Positions 21,303-30,156 of a stretch of DNA of 64,000 bases are shown here, one piece after another. The notes under the pieces were generated by a model. The model searched no databases. It was given only the letters and a program-made list of their open reading frames with translations, and was not told the DNA's origin. The position numbers were made by a program, and so were the translations under genes. Origin of the DNA: Thermodesulfobacteriota bacterium (GTDB lineage: Bacteria > Desulfobacterota_D > UBA1144 > Nemesobacterales > UBA2774); assembly GCA_963422265.1 (NCBI GenBank), contig OY729416.1, positions 800,001-864,000 of the forward strand. Direction: 5' to 3'. Position 1 is the first letter of the stretch. Every line of letters begins with the position of its first letter.

Positions 21303-21331
21303 TTGACTTAATATGACGAATATGCTATTAA
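21303..21331 (+). promoter_or_regulatory. Putative sigma70 promoter for the frhB-like/OFOR operon
   Basis: TTGACT-17 nt-TATTAA with a TGn extended -10; implies a leader of about 210 nt. Confidence 0.5.
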
Positions 21332-21547
21332 ACTGCTTACAGTTTGAAAAGACGGCGGAATGGCAAAGCTAATAAATGGCAAGACAATAAAAGTAATGAC
21401 AATTTTAGATCAATCAATTTTGCCGAGCGCCCCAATTTCAAGTCCAAATAGTTCTAGTTATAAGGAAGCGATAGAAAACTACGAACACTACCACCAACTT
21501 GCTGCGCAGCCTAATTTTATCCTAACTATAGAAAAGAGGTGCGTATA

Positions 21548-22822
21548 ATGAGCAATGAAGAAGTCTCCAGAGATGAAAAACTAGTCAGGTCCATTCAGAA
21601 AAAATATCGAGAAATGTTAGAAGATGGGGTTGACCCTTACGAATGGGCTTACGCATGGAGATCAGAGATTAACCGCGGGGGCTTTAAGGCGGTAGATTTC
21701 CTGATGCGAGAAATAGTTGACACAGGTAAATGCGTAGGGTGCGCCGCATGCGTTACTATATGCCCTACGGACGTTTTTGACTACAAAGACGAACGCCCTA
21801 CGGACACTAGAAATGACGCGTGCGTGTTCTGCGAGCTTTGCGCGGACGTCTGCCCAGTGTTGAGACCCCTCGATAAAGATTTGCAAACCCTACTAGAATT
21901 CAAACAACCGACGATTGACGAGGGATTTGGTCCTTATAGTTATGCAGTAATAGCACGCGCTAAGGACCAGGAATTCCTAGACGCCGGACAGGATGGTGGA
22001 GTAACAAGCGCGCTCTTAGTTCACATGCTTGAAAACGAATCTATAAACGGCGCTGTTTTAGGGGACGTGCTTCCCGAAAATCCACAAGTAGGCATTCAAA
22101 AACTCGCTACAACGGCTGAGGAAATAAAAACGTGCAGCGGATCAAGATACACCTACTCTCCAAATACCCTAGCCCTTACGGAAGCTATGCGGAAAGACGT
22201 GCGCCCCATAGCGGTTGTCGGAGTGCCGTGCCAGGTTGACGGGGTGCGCCAGCAGCAATATAGCAGCATACGCCTTGAAGTCGCCAAATGGTATCAAAAG
22301 AACGTATCGCTCGTCATTGGACTTTTCTGCTCCGAAAGCTTTACTCACGAACACATAACGCACATAGCTAAGGAATTGGACGTTGAACCCAAAGACATAG
22401 TGAGCGTGAATGTAAAGGGCAAGGTCATTATAGAGCTTAGGGATGAGAGAGAGATAATTATGAAATTGAAGGATTTTCACCCATTCGCACGCCCAGCCTG
22501 TCTATATTGCCTGGATTACGCCGCGGATCACGCGGATATAGGGGTTGGGGGAATCGGGCTTCAGGGATGGACCTTTGTAGCAGTACGCACCGAAGCTGGG
22601 CACAAAGCCTGGCAGGCAGCCGTTGACGACGGACTTTTTGAGATCGTCCCCGTAGAATCAGAACCCAGAGCCAAGAACCTTCTCATAAGACTCTCCGAGA
22701 TGAAGAGAAATAAGCCGTTACCTGCCTTAATGCCAACATATCAGGAAAGGGTAGAAATGGGAAATACAAATCCTAAGACCTTCTATAAGAACTATAAGAA
22801 ACCTACCAATGGAGGAAGTTAG
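21548..22822 (+). CDS. FrhB/FdhB/FpoF-family Fe-S flavoprotein with an N-terminal 2x[4Fe-4S] ferredoxin domain
   Basis: CVGCAACVTICP and CVFCELCADVCP; QDGGVTSALL, GSRY, VGVPCQ, GLFC, CLYCLD...ADIGVG; start set at ATG 21548 behind GAGGTG. Confidence 0.88.
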   Translation: MSNEEVSRDEKLVRSIQKKYREMLEDGVDPYEWAYAWRSEINRGGFKAVDFLMREIVDTGKCVGCAACVTICPTDVFDYKDERPTDTRNDACVFCELCADVCPVLRPLDKDLQTLLEFKQPTIDEGFGPYSYAVIARAKDQEFLDAGQDGGVTSALLVHMLENESINGAVLGDVLPENPQVGIQKLATTAEEIKTCSGSRYTYSPNTLALTEAMRKDVRPIAVVGVPCQVDGVRQQQYSSIRLEVAKWYQKNVSLVIGLFCSESFTHEHITHIAKELDVEPKDIVSVNVKGKVIIELRDEREIIMKLKDFHPFARPACLYCLDYAADHADIGVGGIGLQGWTFVAVRTEAGHKAWQAAVDDGLFEIVPVESEPRAKNLLIRLSEMKRNKPLPALMPTYQERVEMGNTNPKTFYKNYKKPTNGGS

Positions 22823-22827
22823 GTTAA

Positions 22828-24633
22828 ATGAGTTCTAACAACGGACAACCCATATTGGAAGACGTGAGCGTTATTGTAGCCGGGCAGGGAGGAGACGGCT
22901 CGCTGACCGTAATTACCATGCTAGCCGACCTGTTTCGCAACATCGGGCTAAACGTATATACGGAAAGAGACGTTCTATCGCGGATTAGAGGCGGGCACGC
23001 AGCCGCCACGATGAGAGCATTTACCGGCGAGAGATACTGCATAGGAAGTAGAATCACCCTACTGCTGGCACTAGACGAGGAAGCTATAGAAAAAAACGCA
23101 AGACAGCTAGACTCTGATAGTATTGTTATCTATGACGATTCCAGTGGACATATCCCTTACGACCTACTACCTGAAGGCGTAAAGATATATTCCGCATCCT
23201 TTAACCGAATTGCTATGCGCACTATGCGCCGCGAACTTTATAAAAACAGTATAGCCTTTGGAATCGTGGGACGCCTGCTTGGCTTAGAGGACGAAGCGAT
23301 GCGCGAGACGTTTACCAAAAGGTTTCAAAGAAGAGGACAGATGATCCTCCAGTATAATCTCGAAGCACTTGGTCTCGGGCTTGATCTGGCAGATGAAATG
23401 GGAATCCACCAAGGAGAAGGACTTTACAGAGTAGAGCGCACGGATCCCGAAACGCACCTTTTAATAATGGGAAATGAGCTTGTGGCTTTTGGATTTATGG
23501 TGGCAGGCGGAAGGTTTTTTACGGGTTATCCTATTACTCCCTCTTCTGAAATTTTGGAGACGCTTCAAAAATGGCTCCCCAAGTGTGGAGGGATAGCGAG
23601 ACAGACAGAGGATGAGCTAGCCGGCATAAACATGGCTATAGGGGCTGCCCTTACCGGAGTTAGAACTATGACGGCTACGTCGGGTCCAGGTTTTTCGCTA
23701 ATGCAGGAGGGCATAGGACACGCGGGATCGGCGGAAATTTCCATGGTCATAGTTGACTGCCAGAGATCTGGTCCCAGCACTGGAATGCCTACCAGGCCAG
23801 AACAAAGCGATTTGAATCTTATGGTATTTGGTGGACACGGAGACTTTCCCAGAATAGTGCTTGCTCCCGGACACCCGGAAGACTGCTTTTACTTAAGCGT
23901 AGAGGCGACCAACCTCGCCGACAAGTATCAGTGCCCGGTATTCATAGCAATGGATCAAGCTCTATCCCAAAACATCGCTAGCGTAAAACCGTTCAATCTT
24001 GATGAGATTAAGCTAGATCAGGGAAAGAGACTTGAACTAGAAGACCTTGAAAAACTAGAGTTTTACAAACGTTACCAAATCACGGACGACAACGTATCAC
24101 CGTTCGCAGCTCCGGGGACGCCGGGCGGCATGTCGCTCGTAACCGGCAACGAGCACGATGAGTTTGGGCTAGTCTCCACCGATCCAACAAACCGCGTGCG
24201 TATGATGGATAAGCGTATGAAGAAGATGGAAAGAGCTAAAAAGGACCTGCCCAAAGCGCGCCACTTTGGAGACCCAAACGCCGAGGTAGGGTTTATAGGC
24301 GTAGGAATGATGTTCGGCGTCATACTCGAAGCTATGGAAGAACTAGAGCATCAGGGAATCAAAGGTCAGTACCTACAACCGAGAACAATATGGCCCATGC
24401 TCGATGACGTTATGGAATTCATTGAAAAATGCGAGCGGGTTTACGTAGTAGAGATGAATGCTCAGGGACAGCTAGCACACCTGTTCTTTCATCAAGGAGC
24501 TTCGTCTGAAAAAATAAAAAGCATCGCCCGGTATGATGGACTTCCCTACAGACCGTCTCAGCTTGTTAAACAAATATTATTAGAAGAGAAGAATTTTCTG
24601 AACGAAGAAAGAAAGGAGGCTAAAGCGCAATGA
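22828..24633 (+). CDS. korA: 2-oxoacid:ferredoxin oxidoreductase alpha subunit (gamma-alpha fusion, KorA-like)
   Basis: AGQGGDG N-terminal domain, GYPITPSSE, ATSGPGFSLMQE, QRSGPSTGMPT; substrate not determinable. Confidence 0.9.
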   Translation: MSSNNGQPILEDVSVIVAGQGGDGSLTVITMLADLFRNIGLNVYTERDVLSRIRGGHAAATMRAFTGERYCIGSRITLLLALDEEAIEKNARQLDSDSIVIYDDSSGHIPYDLLPEGVKIYSASFNRIAMRTMRRELYKNSIAFGIVGRLLGLEDEAMRETFTKRFQRRGQMILQYNLEALGLGLDLADEMGIHQGEGLYRVERTDPETHLLIMGNELVAFGFMVAGGRFFTGYPITPSSEILETLQKWLPKCGGIARQTEDELAGINMAIGAALTGVRTMTATSGPGFSLMQEGIGHAGSAEISMVIVDCQRSGPSTGMPTRPEQSDLNLMVFGGHGDFPRIVLAPGHPEDCFYLSVEATNLADKYQCPVFIAMDQALSQNIASVKPFNLDEIKLDQGKRLELEDLEKLEFYKRYQITDDNVSPFAAPGTPGGMSLVTGNEHDEFGLVSTDPTNRVRMMDKRMKKMERAKKDLPKARHFGDPNAEVGFIGVGMMFGVILEAMEELEHQGIKGQYLQPRTIWPMLDDVMEFIEKCERVYVVEMNAQGQLAHLFFHQGASSEKIKSIARYDGLPYRPSQLVKQILLEEKNFLNEERKEAKAQ

Positions 24634-25511
24634 CGGCTGAGCCAAAGACAAAAACGTTTGAACCTGCAAGACCTATATGGTGTGCAGGGTGCGGTGATTT
24701 CGCCGTGCAGGGGGTTCTTGAAAAAGCGCTCAAAAAAAAGGGAATACCACCACACAAGCTAATGATACTAGCAGGTATAGGCTGCTCCGGCACGATACAA
24801 AATAATATAAAGTGCTATGGGTATCATGCGCTTCATGGGAGGGTGCTACCTACCTCAATCGGAGCTAAGCTGGCTAATCCAGATCTGACCATCGTTGCAG
24901 CGGGGGGAGACGGGGATGGGTTCGCAATCGGCTCAGGACACCTAGTGCATACCTTCAAAAGCAACCCTAGCATAACGTATATAGTTATGAATAACAGCAA
25001 CTATGGCCTTACAAAAGGGCAGGCTTCACCTACAAGTCCCACTGGGTACCGAGACAACTCAGAGGAAGGTATGGATTCTATCCTACTCGGATTAAGCTTT
25101 CCCTCAACTACTTTTCTGGCTCGGGGCTTCAGTGGTAACCCCGAGCAATTAGAAGCCTTAATGACTGCAGCTATTGAACATACGGAAGCTGGCAAAGGTT
25201 TCGCGTTCCTCGAAGTGCTCTCACCCTGCGTCACGTATTATGATACGCACCGCGAATGGCGATCTAGGGTCTATAATTTAGATGATGAAAAAAATTTCAA
25301 CCCCGCTAACAGAACGCTAGCATTTCAAAGAACCTTAGAACTCATGGAAGAAGGACGTATACCGATAGGACAGATATTTAATGGCAAGCATCCATCGCTA
25401 GAATCTCTAGCTGTGAATCAAAAAGAACTTCCCCCCGCACATCAAAGAATCGGGAGTAACAACCATCACAGGGAACATTACGAAAATTTTATAGCTTCCT
25501 ATATAGGTTAA
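24630..25511 (+). CDS. korB: 2-oxoacid:ferredoxin oxidoreductase beta subunit (KorB-like)
   Basis: WCAGCG, GIGCS, GDGDG...NN TPP motif, YGLTKGQASPT, SPCVT; ATGA overlap with alpha. Confidence 0.9.
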   Translation: MTAEPKTKTFEPARPIWCAGCGDFAVQGVLEKALKKKGIPPHKLMILAGIGCSGTIQNNIKCYGYHALHGRVLPTSIGAKLANPDLTIVAAGGDGDGFAIGSGHLVHTFKSNPSITYIVMNNSNYGLTKGQASPTSPTGYRDNSEEGMDSILLGLSFPSTTFLARGFSGNPEQLEALMTAAIEHTEAGKGFAFLEVLSPCVTYYDTHREWRSRVYNLDDEKNFNPANRTLAFQRTLELMEEGRIPIGQIFNGKHPSLESLAVNQKELPPAHQRIGSNNHHREHYENFIASYIG

Positions 25512-25536
25512 GAAACTTAACGGTGGTAGGTGGACG

Positions 25537-25575
25537 TCCTGCTTCGTAGCCTCTTCGGCTAAGCTCAAGACAGGA
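25537..25575. repeat. Interrupted hairpin/palindromic element downstream of korB
   Basis: TCCTG...TAGCC-TCTTC-GGCTA...CAGGA nested inverted repeats. Confidence 0.4.
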
Positions 25576-25879
25576 TCAGATGACATACAATAGCGTCAGC
25601 GAGTTAAGGATGCTCCTCCTCGGACTGCTTCTCCCGTTCTCAACTCTATATCATCATCGCCCTCTATTGCTCACATATAATGGCGACTCCTCTATACAAT
25701 AGCACCTATCCCCTAATAAAAACACTCGAGGAAACGTGAAATAACCCGTTTAATCTCGCCCCCACTTTAGATAGCTTTTCCCACTATAACATCTAAATTA
25801 AACTACTAATAATTAGCCATCTTGACTATTGGGAATTTACTGGAAGAATTAAGAGCTTGATATTGGCGGGATATATAAT

Positions 25880-28690
25880 ATGAACACGTTACATTTTTTC
25901 CATGGACCTAATTCAGGTTACTTTCTGGAACTCTACGACAAATACCTAGAAAACCCCACTTCTATAGATTCTCATGCAAAGACGCTCTTTGACAAGTGGA
26001 AATCTGAGCTTGCATCTACGAGGCATAAGGAGGCAAGCCCTCAGAATATGGAGAAAATAGTAGCCACGGTGAACTTAACTCAGACGATCCGCGCATTCGG
26101 ACACCTTGGTGCTAGAATAAATCCACTGAACAGTAGTCAGATCTACGACTCTGCCCCTTATACCACCACTCATAATTTAACTGAAGAAGACCTATGTCAA
26201 CTGCCTTCTAGCTTGATTGGTGGAAAGATAGCAGAGGAAACTTCCAATGCGCTAGAGGCAATAAGAAAGCTGCGCGCAGTTTATTCATCTACAGTAGGAT
26301 ACGACTACTACCATATATATGATTATGAAGAGAGGGAGTGGCTAAGAGACGCTGCAGAGTCCGGGAGATTCAGACCTCCTAAAGACCCAATCAATGAAAG
26401 ACTGCTACTCGATAATCTTACCAAGGTAGAGGTATTTGAACGCTTCCTCCACAGTATATTCCCTGGCAAATTCCGTTTTTCAATTGAAGGCGTAGATATG
26501 TTAGTGCCTATGTTAAACGAGATAGTGGGACTAGCGGCAGAATCAGGAACGCATCATATATTGCTCGGTATGGCTCACAGGGGTCGCCTGAACGTTATGC
26601 ATCACGTAACTAATAAGGATTATAAAGGCACTTTGATTAAGTTTAAGGACCCAGTTCTTGAACGCGATTTTCAGGATGACATGGGATGGACAGGAGACGT
26701 TAAATACCACGAAGGAGCCCGTCATTCTATAGTAGGTAACGGAAGAGAGATAGACATGGAGATTACACTTGCACCAAACCCAAGCCATCTAGAATCTGTC
26801 AATCCCGTAGTAGAGGGTATGTGTCGCGCCGCTGGCACCAGGGCTGATAATCCCGGAGCACCAGAATTTGACCCAGAGGTTTCCATACCTATTATAGTCC
26901 ACGGAGACGCAGCGTTTCCCGGGCAAGGCATAGTCTCAGAGACCTTAAATCTTTCTCGTCTCGACGGCTATACTACAGGAGGCACCATACACATTATTAC
27001 AAACAATCAAATCGGTTATACAACACTACCTAGCGAAGCACGAAGTACCTTGTACTCCAGCGACTTGGCAAGGGGATTTGAAATTCCTATAGTGCACGCA
27101 AACGCCGATGATCCTGAAGCCTGTATAGAGACCGCACGCCTTGCGTTTAACTACTTGAAAAGGTTCCAGAAAGATTTTTTGATAGACTTAGTTGGCTATA
27201 GGCGTCATGGACATAATGAAGCGGATGAACCTAATTTCACACAGCCCGAAATGTATGAAATGGTAGAGAACCACCCAACGGTGAGGGAGATTTGGTCTAA
27301 TACACTCATAGAGCGGAACATCATCAAGAAGGAAGAGACGGAAGAAATTCTTAATAAGTATAATAAAATACTACACAAGGACTTTAAATCACTCAGCCCG
27401 GACGATGTGCCTCGGGAAAAACATTTACCCCCCCCCGTAGGAGCCGCGCAAAAAGTTAAGACGGCAGTATCTGCTGATAAACTAAGAGAGCTAAATGACT
27501 CGCTTCTAAAACTCCCGCAGAGTTTTTCTATCAACCCTAAGATAAAGCGTGGTAGAGATAGGAGGGTAAACGCTCTCAATACTCTCGACCAAAAAACAAT
27601 TGACTGGGCAACAGCGGAGGATTTAGCTTTTGCATCAATTCTAGCGGATGGAACTGCCATTAGACTTACAGGACAGGATACGCAAAGGGGAACGTTTAGC
27701 CACAGACATGCCGTCCTTCACGATTCAAAAACGGGCAACTTATTCACGCCACTCCAAAACTTGCCCCAGGCTAAAGCCTCATTCGAGGTGCATAACAGCC
27801 CTCTTACGGAGAATGCCTGCATAGGCTTTGAATATGGCTATAACGTAAAAGAGCCAAAGCGTCTTGTGATTTGGGAGGCGCAATACGGTGACTTTATAAA
27901 CGGTGCTCAGACGATCGTTGATGAATTTCTAGTTTCCGCAAGGGCAAAATGGGGACAAACACCTTCCCTCGTTCTATTATTACCACATGCCTATGAAGGG
28001 CAGGGACCCGATCACTCGTCAGGCAGGATCACAAGATTTCTAGGCTCCGCTGCGGAGATAAATATGCGGATCGCCAATTGCACCACATCGGCGCAATACT
28101 TCCATTTGCTTAGACGGCAGGCTGAGATATTGGAAATTGATCCCCTGCCCTTAATAGTATTGACCCCTAAGAGCCTACTTAGAAACCCCCAAGTCCATTC
28201 ATCCCTTAAAGAATTCTCCGAGGGGGCGTGGCAGCCGGTAATAGACGATGCTAGGAATGATAAAGACGCTGAGAAAGTAAAGCGCTTGATTCTATGCAGT
28301 GGTAAGGTCTATATTGATCTTATTGCGAGTAAATATATGAAAAACACCTGCGAAGATATCGCTATCGCTAGGGTGGAACAGCTTTATTCCATCCCAAAGG
28401 CGCCACTGACAAAGGTGATAAAAAGGTATGTAAACCTAAAAGAAGTCGTTTGGCTTCAGGAAGAGCCTGAAACAATGGGAGCCTGGATGTTTATGTTCCC
28501 ATTTCTAAGAAAAATAATCAATAAACGCGTTCCTCTTCATTACATGGGAAGACGCCGCAACTCCAGCCCAGCGGAAGGCTCTTTGTCAATGCACAAAGTG
28601 CATCAGGAAGCATTGATAAGGCAAGCCTTTATGACTGCAAAATTGCCCAACATTGATGAGTTAGGGGTTACTTGGGTTAAAAACGTATGA
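25880..28690 (+). CDS. sucA: 2-oxoglutarate dehydrogenase E1
   Basis: RFSIEG, GMAHRGRLN, GDVKYH, HGDAAF..NNQIG, GHNEAD, WEAQYGDF, GQGPDHSS. Confidence 0.97.
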   Translation: MNTLHFFHGPNSGYFLELYDKYLENPTSIDSHAKTLFDKWKSELASTRHKEASPQNMEKIVATVNLTQTIRAFGHLGARINPLNSSQIYDSAPYTTTHNLTEEDLCQLPSSLIGGKIAEETSNALEAIRKLRAVYSSTVGYDYYHIYDYEEREWLRDAAESGRFRPPKDPINERLLLDNLTKVEVFERFLHSIFPGKFRFSIEGVDMLVPMLNEIVGLAAESGTHHILLGMAHRGRLNVMHHVTNKDYKGTLIKFKDPVLERDFQDDMGWTGDVKYHEGARHSIVGNGREIDMEITLAPNPSHLESVNPVVEGMCRAAGTRADNPGAPEFDPEVSIPIIVHGDAAFPGQGIVSETLNLSRLDGYTTGGTIHIITNNQIGYTTLPSEARSTLYSSDLARGFEIPIVHANADDPEACIETARLAFNYLKRFQKDFLIDLVGYRRHGHNEADEPNFTQPEMYEMVENHPTVREIWSNTLIERNIIKKEETEEILNKYNKILHKDFKSLSPDDVPREKHLPPPVGAAQKVKTAVSADKLRELNDSLLKLPQSFSINPKIKRGRDRRVNALNTLDQKTIDWATAEDLAFASILADGTAIRLTGQDTQRGTFSHRHAVLHDSKTGNLFTPLQNLPQAKASFEVHNSPLTENACIGFEYGYNVKEPKRLVIWEAQYGDFINGAQTIVDEFLVSARAKWGQTPSLVLLLPHAYEGQGPDHSSGRITRFLGSAAEINMRIANCTTSAQYFHLLRRQAEILEIDPLPLIVLTPKSLLRNPQVHSSLKEFSEGAWQPVIDDARNDKDAEKVKRLILCSGKVYIDLIASKYMKNTCEDIAIARVEQLYSIPKAPLTKVIKRYVNLKEVVWLQEEPETMGAWMFMFPFLRKIINKRVPLHYMGRRRNSSPAEGSLSMHKVHQEALIRQAFMTAKLPNIDELGVTWVKNV

Positions 28691-28746
28691 TAAATGGAGA
28701 CCAATGGATTATATAAAGACTTTAGGAGTAAATCCCTCTAACCACA

Positions 28747-28799
28747 CCCGCTAAAGGCGGGAGTGAAAAGATGAAATTCTGAAACTAGTTCGGAATTTC
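28747..28799. repeat. Two palindromic elements between sucA and sucB
   Basis: CCCGCT-AAA-GGCGGG (28747-28761) and GAAATTCTGAA-ACTAG-TTCGGAATTTC (28773-28799). Confidence 0.55.
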
Positions 28800-28868
28800 A
28801 ATTTCAGTTAATAGTTACCTGATTTTCATAAGGGAGGGATAAAAAAGGAAATAAAACGGAGAGAAAAA

Positions 28869-30143
28869 ATGCAAATAAATGTCACCGTACCAGAATTAGG
28901 GGAATCAATCGTCGAAGCAACAATAGTAAGATGGCTTAAATCAGAGGGAGACCCGGTGAGAATCGGCGAGTCATTGGTAGAACTTGAAACTGAGAAGGCT
29001 AATTTTGAGGTTGCTGCCGAAAAAGAGGGAATACTTAAAAGCATAACAAAAAGGGAAAGCGTTGATATTGAAGTCGGTGATGTCATAGGAATTATTGAAG
29101 AAGGTGAACCTTCGACCGGAGTTGGGGATATTATTGAGAGCACCGAAGTTTCAGAGGAAAAACTCGTAGCAACTGAGACTATAAACAAAGTAGAGTCTCA
29201 AGAAGAGCCCCTGCACGACAAAATAACTCCCGTAGCGAGGCGTATAGCTCAGGATAATAATGTTGATCTGGATAAAGTCAGAGGAAGTGGAGCTAGTGGA
29301 CGCATTACAAAAGAAGACGTGGAAAAATACATGAAAGAACGCGTGACAAGCAAAGAACTAGAGAGTTCTACGTCAGAGACAACCACCCAACCCGCAGTCT
29401 TAGTCAGCCAAAAAGCACCTCTTTCCCCCATAGCAAAAGAGGATCGTAGAGAAGAGCGCGTTAAAATGTCTCGACGCAGGAGAACAATTGCAAGAAGGAT
29501 GCTTGAGTCGGCACAGTCAACTGCTATGCTCACGACTTTCAACGAGATTGACATGGGCGCCGTTATGAGCCTTAGAAAGAGCCACAAGGAGTCATTTAAG
29601 GAAAAATACGGCGTCAGCCTAGGCTTAAATTCCTTCTTCGTTAAAGCTACCATAGGAGCTCTAAAGGAGTTTGCGGTGCTCAACGCTGAGATCGAAGAAG
29701 ATACTATGATCCTAAAGCGATACTACGATATTGGCATTGCAATCGGAGCTTCTGAGGGACTCGTCGTCCCAGTTCTAAGAAATGCAGACGGTATGTCGTT
29801 CGCCGAGATTGAGAAAAGAATCAAGAATTTCGCGCAGAAGGCCGAGGACAACAGCCTCTCCCTTGAAGACATCATGGGAGGCACCTTTACGATTACAAAC
29901 GGGGGCGTATTCGGTTCTATGATGAGCACCCCTATCCTTAACCCACCTCAAGTGGGCATACTAGGACTTCATAGAATAGAGGAGAGGCCAATAGTGATTA
30001 ACGGCAATATAGAAATCCGACCCATGATGTACGTGGCGCTTAGCTACGACCACAGAATTGTTGACGGACGCGAGGCAGTGCAGTTCCTCGTTAAAGTCAA
30101 GGAGCTTGTTGAATACCCTGAAATACTACTGCTTGAAGGATAA
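28869..30143 (+). CDS. sucB: Dihydrolipoamide succinyltransferase E2
   Basis: Lipoyl domain (ELETEKA), E3-binding [24 protein letters not shown]. Confidence 0.97.
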   Translation: MQINVTVPELGESIVEATIVRWLKSEGDPVRIGESLVELETEKANFEVAAEKEGILKSITKRESVDIEVGDVIGIIEEGEPSTGVGDIIESTEVSEEKLVATETINKVESQEEPLHDKITPVARRIAQDNNVDLDKVRGSGASGRITKEDVEKYMKERVTSKELESSTSETTTQPAVLVSQKAPLSPIAKEDRREERVKMSRRRRTIARRMLESAQSTAMLTTFNEIDMGAVMSLRKSHKESFKEKYGVSLGLNSFFVKATIGALKEFAVLNAEIEEDTMILKRYYDIGIAIGASEGLVVPVLRNADGMSFAEIEKRIKNFAQKAEDNSLSLEDIMGGTFTITNGGVFGSMMSTPILNPPQVGILGLHRIEERPIVINGNIEIRPMMYVALSYDHRIVDGREAVQFLVKVKELVEYPEILLLEG

Positions 30144-30156
30144 AGCGCACAGTGGT

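Noticed and set aside
21360-21548. 62-aa ORF upstream of the frhB-like gene
   Set aside because: No recognisable motif and weak initiation signals; treated as leader sequence.
25610-25702. 30-codon hydrophobic ORF (MLLLGLLLPFS...) after korB
   Set aside because: The SD-like AAGG abuts the ATG and the sequence is low-complexity C/T-rich; no support for a real peptide.
27428-27436. C9 run in sucA as a phase-variation tract
   Set aside because: In frame (Pro-Pro-Pro) in an intact core metabolic gene; no evidence of switching.
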